From Giardia intestinalis (Eukaryota): DNA of 64,000 nt. Both the position numbers and the translations under genes were made by a program. Under the pieces are notes generated by a model. That model was not told where the DNA came from, did no database searches, and saw only the letters and a list, made by a program, of their open reading frames with translations. Positions 18,857-29,300 of this stretch are shown here, piece after piece (the stretch's first letter is position 1; each line of letters begins with the position of its first letter). Location of the stretch: assembly GCA_000002435.2 (NCBI GenBank), contig CM018791.1. One strand, written 5' to 3'.

Positions 18857-21800
18857 TTGAATGCCAGCAAGATTCGCGACCGCAGAGCACACTGCAATCT
18901 GGCGACTGGTTTGGCCATGCCGCTTCTTTATCCGTTAGAAACTCGGCTGGGAGCGACAAAGAGCACGTCGGGAGAACCCGGTGGGAGGGGACAGGCGGGG
19001 CTTTCTGCGCCACGGGGGGAACCACCGCAGGAGGACGTGCAGGCACGCAAGCCAGGCCACAGTAGACACGCGGGCGCCCCTGTAGACCGGGCCGGCAGCA
19101 GGCGTCCGTAGAATCCGCGCCAGAGCCAGCTGCTCAAAAAACTGGGCAGCCCCTGGTCGTGTGCAAGCCTTGCAGAGCACTGCGGCCCCCGACACTCGGC
19201 GACCCCTCTCAGAGCGGAAGACCCCGCGGGCCGCAGGCAGCAGCTCGTCGTCGGCGATGCCCCGAACGAGGGGGACGGCCCCAGCCTGCCCGCCTCCGCA
19301 GAGCTCCGGGTATCTGTAGACAAACCGGGGCTGCGCAGGGTGCGGCTCTCCCTGGCGGCCGAGGGCAGGGGTCCCCGGCAATACCAAAAAACTCCGATCA
19401 ATACATCAGCCCCGGCGCCGCCGTGTGCAAAGCAGTCTGTTCTGTGTGGCGGCCCAAGCCAGCTCGTACTGCGGCGATGGCCCGGGTGAGGGCGCCCTGC
19501 TCGCCCGACGGACCGGGGCAGGCAGGCAACAAACACCCGCTAAAGCTTTTATGCAAGGCCTGTACATATTTAATTTCACATTATTCGTTGGTCTGTTTTT
19601 AGTTTTATCGCTGCTTCTATCGGATGGGCTCTGGGGCAATGACGGCGGAGACGCGCGCCTCCGTTCTGCTCGAGCTCGCGAAGCAGGTCGTCGCTGCCCG
19701 GCGGCTGGGAGAGACGGCCGAGAGCCTCGCGCGGCGGCCGCTGCTCCTCCACCGGCACGTGCTCCGGACGGCCATCGACTGGAAGAAGATCGCCCGCGCC
19801 CTGTCCGAGGACCGGAGCAGGATCTACCACTGGTACCGCGAGACGCACTCGCGGAGCATCCTCAACGTGAAGATGACCGGCGAGGACCGCAGGGCCATCA
19901 AGGCGATGATCATCGCCGGGGTCAGGGACCGGAGCGTCCTGGGCCCGGACTTCTACCGCAGGGTCCACGAGCGCTTCGGGGCGAAGTATCCGCGCCAGGA
20001 GCTGCGGATGACGTACAACAACGCGCTCCGCACCCAGGACGTCCGCGCCGCCCTGGAGGAGCACGGGGTGGTGCTGCCGCGCCGCACATACGGCCCGAGG
20101 GCGGCCAGGCAGGAGGAGGAGGCATCTCCTGTGGCGGCCACTCCCCCGCCCCCCTGCGTTTTTGGTTGCGCCGCGCCTCCGCTGGTGCCGCCCGTCGGGG
20201 GGCCGGTCTTTGTGGTCCCGGGCGCGGTCTCTGCGCTTCTGCCCCCGCACGCGCCGGGGTGCCTCGTCCTCGCCCTCCCACCCGGGGTCGTTCCTGGGCC
20301 CGGCGTCCTCCCGCTCCAGACGGGCCAGGGCCTCCTTGGGCCGCCCGTTGCCTTCGCGTGCGTGCCATGCTTCCCCCCTGCGGGCTACGGGGGCGTCCCT
20401 GGGTGCGCTGATGCGAGCCCCAGTAAGGGTTGAGGACTGGAGAACCCGGCTTGCTTGACGATTGTCGAAGAGTGGCCGGCAGGAACAGCCGATGGTTGGA
20501 TCCCTGATCAGTGACGAGACAGTTATATCTAGAGCGTGTAGCATGCTCAACCACGGCACAGCGCAGGGCCCACCAGACACAGGCTACGACGGTCTGGATG
20601 TCGCGCAACCCGCATTCTGCGCATTGCTGAAGAGACCACACACAGCAGACGAAGGCAGGGCTCTCCCATGTGCCCAGACGACTCGAACACCGCGGTCTGG
20701 GCCAACGATCTACCAGACAGGCCCGTCCGGTAACAGGCGACTGAATGCTCTCTGGGCCGTGAGCTAAAGCTGATGTGCAGCTGGCCGGCCACGACATTCA
20801 CCCTGGCTGGCCCTCTGTCTTCACGCGCCGACACGCCAAGGAGCTGTAGGGAAGTCGTGTGCTGTCTTGGCAGGTATATTATTACCTCCATGTATGCACC
20901 CTGGATGCGGCCACCATAGCACAGCTGCATCTCTGATCGTCCTGTACACGCCTCCTGGCACGAGTAGGTGCGCAGGAGGGGGTGCACTGCCCACCGCCGA
21001 GAAATGGATGAGCTCCCCTGCTCAGGAGCCGACGACCGCCAGCCATGCCCAACGAGGTCCCCTGCAAGGAGGCCTGCTGAGCCAGCTCTTCCAGCGAGCC
21101 GTGTATCTGGAAGAGCTCCGCGTTGAATGGCTCCTTGATTAAGGAAGCCGGAGTCCAGCGCGATGTGACGCCTGTCCGTCTAAGGCTGAGACTTCGGTCT
21201 GGTGCTTGCTGCTGAGCGAGCATTAAATGAGGCTGGCCAAAGAAGCGGCTCAGGGCTTTCATAGCTCTGTGTCTTCTTGTTCTGTTCGACTGAAACACCT
21301 GATCTCAGTGCTGACTGTTGGGTCTCCTCCTGTGGACGTGGTCCGGAAGTCTCACAGAGGACCTGTTTTTTTGTAATTTCTTCTAAGACGAAGGTAAGTC
21401 GTTCTATAGGATTAGGACTACATCTGTAGAAGCACAGCCCCGGTTAAAGCAGTAACATACAATTCGCAGATGCGTAGAATGCTTGCAGGAGAAAGCAGTA
21501 AGGAAAGATATCTCGATCATGACATAGACGTGAGACAGCACCACAGGCTGCCCAAGCAACCGGTCTGGATACGAGGTGCGGCATGATTACCCTTATCTAT
21601 CCTTTGCCAGGTGAGGGAATTCGACATAGAGCCTAGTCACCCTAACGGTCAGAACCAAAGGCAAAAGCTAGACCTGTGGTGTGTTGGCAAGTGATGGACA
21701 CAAGGGCATCCCTGGATGGACTGTTGCATGAGAGGGCGAAGGCCCATAGAGATGGGTTGCTCTCAGCACCTGCAGTGGGCAGCTTGCTCCGCGGCCAACA

Positions 21801-22770
21801 AGTTGTTGGGTCAGAAACAAGCACGGACGATGCCTGTCAGATGGGTCCGAGCCAGTCACCCGATGCCCCCTACGGGCCTCGTCCAACCGACACTCTTGAT
21901 TCTTGTCGAATAGCTCAGACAGACTGGGGAGAGGAAGGACTACCAGTCACCAGAGCTTGCTGCAGTGGGAGAGCCGGGCTTGGCTCGTCCCCGTCTTCAC
22001 ACAAGAGCGGGGAAGTGGGTTTACTTGCGGGACCCTTGGGCCGCGGCTGCAGGGGGGCTCAGTACTAGAGCGCTAGAAATAGCTGGCTGTCGAAGTAAAT
22101 CGTCGCTTTCCGGGGATGACATCTTCCTCGACCAGGGCAGCAGAAGAGACCCTCAATGCATCTGCCGGTGCTGGGGTGCGTCCTACCCGTCAGCGGGGCT
22201 TCATGGCTCCACTGGAAAGCCCAATCGTCCGCTTCTTGCTGTGCTCAGAGGACAGAGAACTAGGCAGGCGTAGTCCCATCCGCCCACCGGAGGGCTATGA
22301 GCGCCCCCGTCGTCCCATTGAGCAGCACCAGGCGCAGAAGAGGTCTGCCGGAAATGCGCCAGATGCAGTCAACGCTTTTCTGGGTGTAGTGTTAACAGAA
22401 TCACACGCTACGACGCGTCCCAGACAGGCTCCACCTGGCAGCGGCGCCCCAGAGGCGGGCCCCGAGGGACAAAACATTTCTGGCCCTGCCCCTGCTCCAA
22501 TGCGAGCGGCCCGCGGACAGAGCCGAGGACGGGGGCCAGTGCTCGGCCTCCTGCTGGTGCGGTGGCGCCGGGAGACCACCGGACCATCGACTCGGCAGCG
22601 GCAACCGGTGGAACGCCCTGGGCTGCTGCTGTGCCCATGCGCCTGGAGCGCGCCGCAGCAGCCCGGGATGGGTCCGCAGACAGGCGTGCCGCCCCAGCCG
22701 TCCCGGGGGCCGGCTCCTCGTGGCGGGCGCTCCTGCTCCCTTTGACTTTTCAAATGGAGAACGCAGTTAT
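18857..22770. repeat. Inverted-repeat arm A (about 3.9 kb); mirror image of 26330-30215.
   Basis: Every ORF in this arm recurs on the opposite strand in arm B with identical translation. Examples: 334-aa 19576..20580(-) equals 28505..29509(+); 328-aa 19425..20411(+) equals 28674..29660(-). One SNP seen (c at about 21673 versus t at about 27413). Outer edge degenerates over about 30 bp near 18857-18886; inner edge is sharp at about 22770. Confidence 0.9.
19624..20433 (+). CDS. Myb/SANT-like helix-turn-helix protein with a Pro/Gly/Ala-rich C-terminal tail (copy 1, in arm A).
   Basis: ATG preceded by a strongly A/T-rich initiator (tacatatttaatttcacattattcgttggtctgtttttagttttatc). The N-terminal 170 aa align with a paralog at 53268 (W..IA..L..R......HWY.E.H...MTgEDR.A....I.G..DRS.L.P.F.......YP.....MTYNN.LR...VR.AL). 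The W-x2-IA-x2-L-x2-R-x7-W spacing resembles a Myb repeat. Confidence 0.6.
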   Translation: MGSGAMTAETRASVLLELAKQVVAARRLGETAESLARRPLLLHRHVLRTAIDWKKIARALSEDRSRIYHWYRETHSRSILNVKMTGEDRRAIKAMIIAGVRDRSVLGPDFYRRVHERFGAKYPRQELRMTYNNALRTQDVRAALEEHGVVLPRRTYGPRAARQEEEASPVAATPPPPCVFGCAAPPLVPPVGGPVFVVPGAVSALLPPHAPGCLVLALPPGVVPGPGVLPLQTGQGLLGPPVAFACVPCFPPAGYGGVPGCADASPSKG

Positions 22771-23314
22771 GGATCCTAGTTCTGCTGCAGAAGGTGCCTT
22801 ATGAGACGCAGCACAGCCACACCAAGCGGTATCGGGGCTGAACACTCCTTGGGACGGGCTCCTGGCGCATCTGAGAGACGCTCGTTGCTGTGCACTGCCT
22901 CTCGGGCCTTGGATGCACGTTGTGCAGAGCTGCAGGAGTCGCCCTTGCAGTTGTCAGTGGGCCGTTGATGGAGCCATTGAAAGCTCTGGACCGCTACTGG
23001 GCAGTACTGTCCCAGTGCACGTGTGGCAGCTTTGGCTCGCACTGGATGGTCCGTACAGATTGCAACGGAGCCACGAGGTGCATTAGTATGACATACACAT
23101 TGAGACAGTTGCAGTTCTATTCGGTCCAATCCACCTCCTTCTGGCCCTGTGCCGAGATTGCAGATTGCAAGTAGTGTTCGCGATAGACCCGGTGAGTGTT
23201 GATTCCATCAGCGCCTGTGGTCAACGTGTGCCAGAAGGATCAATCAACTGCATCAATCGACGCGGATTGACTGATGTACCGCGAGTATGTTCCTACCAAT
23301 CTATCAATCGGGCA

Positions 23315-25534
23315 ATGTTTGGCAGTTTTGTTCTCGCGGGGGTACTCGTCCAGATTGCATGGGCAGGAAAAGCAACAGAGCGCGCGCAAGAAGCTCAATG
23401 CGCAGATAACACTAATTGCGCAGCAGAAGCATGCAACGTTCTGATCGGTGGTAAATTGTATTGCTCTCGATGTAACACAGGATTTGTTCCTATCAATGGA
23501 CAATGTGCAGACAAAGAAGGTGCAACAGATAAGTGCAAAGATGGCTCCGGAGGCGATACAGCTGATCAGACCTGTGGACAGTGCGCCGAGCAGACTTTCA
23601 TGTACAAGGGCGGCTGTTACGAAGCAGCCCAGCAGCCCGGACAGACCATGTGTCAGGCGGCAGATGCTGGAGTATGCACACAAGCCGCGCAAGGATACTT
23701 CGTGCCGCCGGGCGCAGACGCCTCTCACCAATCGGTTATACCATGTGGAGACGAAGAGGAAATAACGGTTAAAAACGATAAAAAGTACAAGGGCGTGCTG
23801 CACTGCACTCGGTGTAACGCTCCCACAGAAGCAGCAGATGCTAACGCCAAGGCCGCCACATGCACTGCGTGCCAGGCAGATAGGTATCTGAAGACAGCCA
23901 AGGACCAAGCCACCTCCTGCGTGACAGAGCAAGAGTGCACCGGCACCGAAGGGTTCTTCGCGAAAAATGGCGGCACCAAAACCTGTGAGGCGTGCGCTGA
24001 AACATGCAAGACCTGTAAGACCGAGGCTGCGAAGTGCACCTCTTGCAAGGACGACAAGCCGTACCTGAAGAAGGATAATGGCAGCGACACTGGCACGTGC
24101 GTCACCGAAGCTGAGTGCAAGACTGGAAACACCCACTACCCCGACGACACTGAGCCGAAGACGTGCAAGACGTGCGCCGAGGGGACCTCCGACGGGTGTG
24201 CGACGTGCGAGAAGGGCGCCGATGGAGCAGTCGCCTGCAAGACGTGCGGAAACCAGAAGAAGGTCCAGCCAAACAAGAAGGGGTGCGTTGAGAACTGCCC
24301 CTCGAACTCCAACGATAAGAAGACCCCTGGCACCTGTGAGTGCGTTGAGGGCTACGTTCCCGAGGAGGCCGGCACCGGGTGCACGAAGAAGCCCGACCCC
24401 CCTGCGGCGCCGTGCAACACCCCCGGCTGCAAGACGTGCAGTGAGCCGAAGACAAGCAAGGAGGTGTGCACAGAGTGCGAAGACCCCAAGGCCCTCACGC
24501 CCACGGGCCAGTGCATCTACGGTTGTGAGCACCTGGAAGGCTACTACGAGGGCACCAGCGAGGGGGGCAAGAAGGCCTGCAAGAAGTGCGAGGTCGAGAA
24601 CTGCCTCCTGTGCAACGAAAACGGACAGTGCGAGACCTGCAAGGACGGATACTACAAGAAAGAAACCGCCTGTGCCAAGTGCGATACCTCGTGCAAGACG
24701 TGCGCGAACGGGGAGCCCAACGGGTGCACGAGCTGCGAGGCTAAGAAGGCCCTCAGCTACGAAGGAGAGGGCAACACGGGGACGTGCAAATCAGAATGCA
24801 AACCGGGTACTAACAACTGCGAGAAGTGCGAGCTGACAGTCGATGGCACGGCCTACTGCTCCAAGTGCAAGGACGCCAACCAGTTCCCGCAGAACGGAGT
24901 CTGCTCGGCGGCGGCCGGAAAGGCTATTACGTGCACTACCAAAGGGACTGGTGTCTGTGACAAATGCGCCAACGGGCTTCTTCGGATGAACGGAGGCTGC
25001 TATGAGACGACCAAGTTCCCTGGAAAGAGCGTCTGTGAGGAAGCAGCATCGGCTGGGGATACCTGCCAAGTAGAGGCTCCAGGCTATCATCTTAATAACA
25101 ATGACCTTGTGACTTGCTCGGCCGGATGTAAGACGTGCACTAGTAACACCGTGTGTACTGAATGCATGGATGGGTATGCAAAGACTGATAATAAGTGCAC
25201 AAAGTGTGCCACTGGCTGTGCTACTTGTGCAGGATCCGCCTCAAATTGCGACACTTGCAGCACTGGGTACTACAAGTATAAGAACGCCTGTGTGTCTTGC
25301 ACGGAAAGCAACAGTGATAAGACTATCACCGGCGTCGCCAACTGCGCCAACTGCGCTCCTCCACTCAACAATAAAGGGTCTGTCCTCTGCTACCTCGTGC
25401 AGAGTGGCGAGAACACTAACAAAAGTGGTCTCAGCGCAGGCGCCATCGCGGGCATCGCTGTTGCTGTCATCATTGTTGTCGGCGGCCTCGTCGGTTTCCT
25501 TTGCTGGTGGTTTATGTGCAGAGGCAAGGCGTAG
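23315..25534 (+). CDS. vsp: Variant-specific surface protein (VSP).
   Basis: Signal peptide MFGSFVLAGVLVQIAWA. Dozens of CXXC motifs. A GGCY motif (MNGGCYE). C-terminal TM segment followed by the invariant cytoplasmic tail CRGKA and stop. The track ORF starts 150 nt upstream (23165), but the signal peptide begins at ATG 23315. Confidence 0.9.
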   Translation: MFGSFVLAGVLVQIAWAGKATERAQEAQCADNTNCAAEACNVLIGGKLYCSRCNTGFVPINGQCADKEGATDKCKDGSGGDTADQTCGQCAEQTFMYKGGCYEAAQQPGQTMCQAADAGVCTQAAQGYFVPPGADASHQSVIPCGDEEEITVKNDKKYKGVLHCTRCNAPTEAADANAKAATCTACQADRYLKTAKDQATSCVTEQECTGTEGFFAKNGGTKTCEACAETCKTCKTEAAKCTSCKDDKPYLKKDNGSDTGTCVTEAECKTGNTHYPDDTEPKTCKTCAEGTSDGCATCEKGADGAVACKTCGNQKKVQPNKKGCVENCPSNSNDKKTPGTCECVEGYVPEEAGTGCTKKPDPPAAPCNTPGCKTCSEPKTSKEVCTECEDPKALTPTGQCIYGCEHLEGYYEGTSEGGKKACKKCEVENCLLCNENGQCETCKDGYYKKETACAKCDTSCKTCANGEPNGCTSCEAKKALSYEGEGNTGTCKSECKPGTNNCEKCELTVDGTAYCSKCKDANQFPQNGVCSAAAGKAITCTTKGTGVCDKCANGLLRMNGGCYETTKFPGKSVCEEAASAGDTCQVEAPGYHLNNNDLVTCSAGCKTCTSNTVCTECMDGYAKTDNKCTKCATGCATCAGSASNCDTCSTGYYKYKNACVSCTESNSDKTITGVANCANCAPPLNNKGSVLCYLVQSGENTNKSGLSAGAIAGIAVAVIIVVGGLVGFLCWWFMCRGKA

Positions 25535-25542
25535 ACTTAGAT

Positions 25543-25549
25543 AGTAAAT
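25543..25549 (+). terminator. Giardia-type polyadenylation signal AGTAAAT (AGTRAAY) 9 nt after the VSP stop.
   Basis: The sequence gtag acttagat AGTAAAT lies immediately 3' of the CRGKA stop, matching the known Giardia poly(A) signal position. Confidence 0.6.
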
Positions 25550-26329
25550 GCGTCGATTCGCCTTCTTAAGGCGTGGAACTCTCGTTACGTCCACACTGCA
25601 AATGTGCTTGACGATTTCTAACATCTGGATTTTGTATAGCAGTCTGGAGTCGTGTGTGTGACTTTACTTTTATTCCACACTTCCAATAGTTTGCCACTGG
25701 ACTTCGCCTGCAAATGCAGCCTAGGAGTGCATGAATAAATAAACTTACATGTCTTCTTGGTAGAGCAAAGCAGACCCCTACTTGAGGACTTGGACCCGCT
25801 ACTCTATGCTTGTATCTGACGTAGTCGCACTTAGCCAAGGTGCACACCCTACTATCACTCGATAGCTCACCCTCTCGTTGTCTTAAAGGAGCAGCTCTTA
25901 GACTGCTGCCCAGTTGACTTTACCAAGTACTTGCTTATTTAAGCGAACTGTGAACGAACTTTCTGAATACCAGGTGAACCCTTATATCTAAAGACTACGA
26001 CACGTTCCTCATGTTCCAGTTCTACTGTAGTGACCTGTGAGGATGGTTGTATCCAATCTCAGTCCTCCAGCATATAGAGTATACACTAGTAACCATTTGT
26101 ACTTCATAACCTGTCTTTGTCTTCGAACGTGACTGAGCGACCGGATTATTCGCATGGGTTTAGCCCATATCTAAATAAGATCGAGAAGAGGCCACAAGAA
26201 TACTTTCTATAGCAAAGCTGGAGCTGCTAGCTACATATGCAACAGTTAGCCCCGCACCAGCAATCGATGCAACGGGGATGTGTGCCCACCCGAGCAGTAC
26301 ACAGCTGGCTACCCGTAATTATGCTCTCC

Positions 26330-29300
26330 ATTTGAAAAGTCAAAGGGAGCAGGAGCGCCCGCCACGAGGAGCCGGCCCCCGGGACGGCTGGGGCGGCACG
26401 CCTGTCTGCGGACCCATCCCGGGCTGCTGCGGCGCGCTCCAGGCGCATGGGCACAGCAGCAGCCCAGGGCGTTCCACCGGTTGCCGCTGCCGAGTCGATG
26501 GTCCGGTGGTCTCCCGGCGCCACCGCACCAGCAGGAGGCCGAGCACTGGCCCCCGTCCTCGGCTCTGTCCGCGGGCCGCTCGCATTGGAGCAGGGGCAGG
26601 GCCAGAAATGTTTTGTCCCTCGGGGCCCGCCTCTGGGGCGCCGCTGCCAGGTGGAGCCTGTCTGGGACGCGTCGTAGCGTGTGATTCTGTTAACACTACA
26701 CCCAGAAAAGCGTTGACTGCATCTGGCGCATTTCCGGCAGACCTCTTCTGCGCCTGGTGCTGCTCAATGGGACGACGGGGGCGCTCATAGCCCTCCGGTG
26801 GGCGGATGGGACTACGCCTGCCTAGTTCTCTGTCCTCTGAGCACAGCAAGAAGCGGACGATTGGGCTTTCCAGTGGAGCCATGAAGCCCCGCTGACGGGT
26901 AGGACGCACCCCAGCACCGGCAGATGCATTGAGGGTCTCTTCTGCTGCCCTGGTCGAGGAAGATGTCATCCCCGGAAAGCGACGATTTACTTCGACAGCC
27001 AGCTATTTCTAGCGCTCTAGTACTGAGCCCCCCTGCAGCCGCGGCCCAAGGGTCCCGCAAGTAAACCCACTTCCCCGCTCTTGTGTGAAGACGGGGACGA
27101 GCCAAGCCCGGCTCTCCCACTGCAGCAAGCTCTGGTGACTGGTAGTCCTTCCTCTCCCCAGTCTGTCTGAGCTATTCGACAAGAATCAAGAGTGTCGGTT
27201 GGACGAGGCCCGTAGGGGGCATCGGGTGACTGGCTCGGACCCATCTGACAGGCATCGTCCGTGCTTGTTTCTGACCCAACAACTTGTTGGCCGCGGAGCA
27301 AGCTGCCCACTGCAGGTGCTGAGAGCAACCCATCTCTATGGGCCTTCGCCCTCTCATGCAACAGTCCATCCAGGGATGCCCTTGTGTCCATCACTTGCCA
27401 ACACACCACAGATCTAGCTTTTGCCTTTGGTTCTGACCGTTAGGGTGACTAGGCTCTATGTCGAATTCCCTCACCTGGCAAAGGATAGATAAGGGTAATC
27501 ATGCCGCACCTCGTATCCAGACCGGTTGCTTGGGCAGCCTGTGGTGCTGTCTCACGTCTATGTCATGATCGAGATATCTTTCCTTACTGCTTTCTCCTGC
27601 AAGCATTCTACGCATCTGCGAATTGTATGTTACTGCTTTAACCGGGGCTGTGCTTCTACAGATGTAGTCCTAATCCTATAGAACGACTTACCTTCGTCTT
27701 AGAAGAAATTACAAAAAAACAGGTCCTCTGTGAGACTTCCGGACCACGTCCACAGGAGGAGACCCAACAGTCAGCACTGAGATCAGGTGTTTCAGTCGAA
27801 CAGAACAAGAAGACACAGAGCTATGAAAGCCCTGAGCCGCTTCTTTGGCCAGCCTCATTTAATGCTCGCTCAGCAGCAAGCACCAGACCGAAGTCTCAGC
27901 CTTAGACGGACAGGCGTCACATCGCGCTGGACTCCGGCTTCCTTAATCAAGGAGCCATTCAACGCGGAGCTCTTCCAGATACACGGCTCGCTGGAAGAGC
28001 TGGCTCAGCAGGCCTCCTTGCAGGGGACCTCGTTGGGCATGGCTGGCGGTCGTCGGCTCCTGAGCAGGGGAGCTCATCCATTTCTCGGCGGTGGGCAGTG
28101 CACCCCCTCCTGCGCACCTACTCGTGCCAGGAGGCGTGTACAGGACGATCAGAGATGCAGCTGTGCTATGGTGGCCGCATCCAGGGTGCATACATGGAGG
28201 TAATAATATACCTGCCAAGACAGCACACGACTTCCCTACAGCTCCTTGGCGTGTCGGCGCGTGAAGACAGAGGGCCAGCCAGGGTGAATGTCGTGGCCGG
28301 CCAGCTGCACATCAGCTTTAGCTCACGGCCCAGAGAGCATTCAGTCGCCTGTTACCGGACGGGCCTGTCTGGTAGATCGTTGGCCCAGACCGCGGTGTTC
28401 GAGTCGTCTGGGCACATGGGAGAGCCCTGCCTTCGTCTGCTGTGTGTGGTCTCTTCAGCAATGCGCAGAATGCGGGTTGCGCGACATCCAGACCGTCGTA
28501 GCCTGTGTCTGGTGGGCCCTGCGCTGTGCCGTGGTTGAGCATGCTACACGCTCTAGATATAACTGTCTCGTCACTGATCAGGGATCCAACCATCGGCTGT
28601 TCCTGCCGGCCACTCTTCGACAATCGTCAAGCAAGCCGGGTTCTCCAGTCCTCAACCCTTACTGGGGCTCGCATCAGCGCACCCAGGGACGCCCCCGTAG
28701 CCCGCAGGGGGGAAGCATGGCACGCACGCGAAGGCAACGGGCGGCCCAAGGAGGCCCTGGCCCGTCTGGAGCGGGAGGACGCCGGGCCCAGGAACGACCC
28801 CGGGTGGGAGGGCGAGGACGAGGCACCCCGGCGCGTGCGGGGGCAGAAGCGCAGAGACCGCGCCCGGGACCACAAAGACCGGCCCCCCGACGGGCGGCAC
28901 CAGCGGAGGCGCGGCGCAACCAAAAACGCAGGGGGGCGGGGGAGTGGCCGCCACAGGAGATGCCTCCTCCTCCTGCCTGGCCGCCCTCGGGCCGTATGTG
29001 CGGCGCGGCAGCACCACCCCGTGCTCCTCCAGGGCGGCGCGGACGTCCTGGGTGCGGAGCGCGTTGTTGTACGTCATCCGCAGCTCCTGGCGCGGATACT
29101 TCGCCCCGAAGCGCTCGTGGACCCTGCGGTAGAAGTCCGGGCCCAGGACGCTCCGGTCCCTGACCCCGGCGATGATCATCGCCTTGATGGCCCTGCGGTC
29201 CTCGCCGGTCATCTTCACGTTGAGGATGCTCCGCGAGTGCGTCTCGCGGTACCAGTGGTAGATCCTGCTCCGGTCCTCGGACAGGGCGCGGGCGATCTTC

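Noticed and set aside
19425-20797. Long ORFs of 328, 334 and 291 aa on alternative frames and strands inside the repeat arms (mirrored at 28288-29660).
   Set aside because: The translations are Arg/Pro/Gly/Ala strings typical of stop-poor GC-rich DNA. They have no A/T-rich initiator and no paralog. Only the 269-aa frame has independent support.
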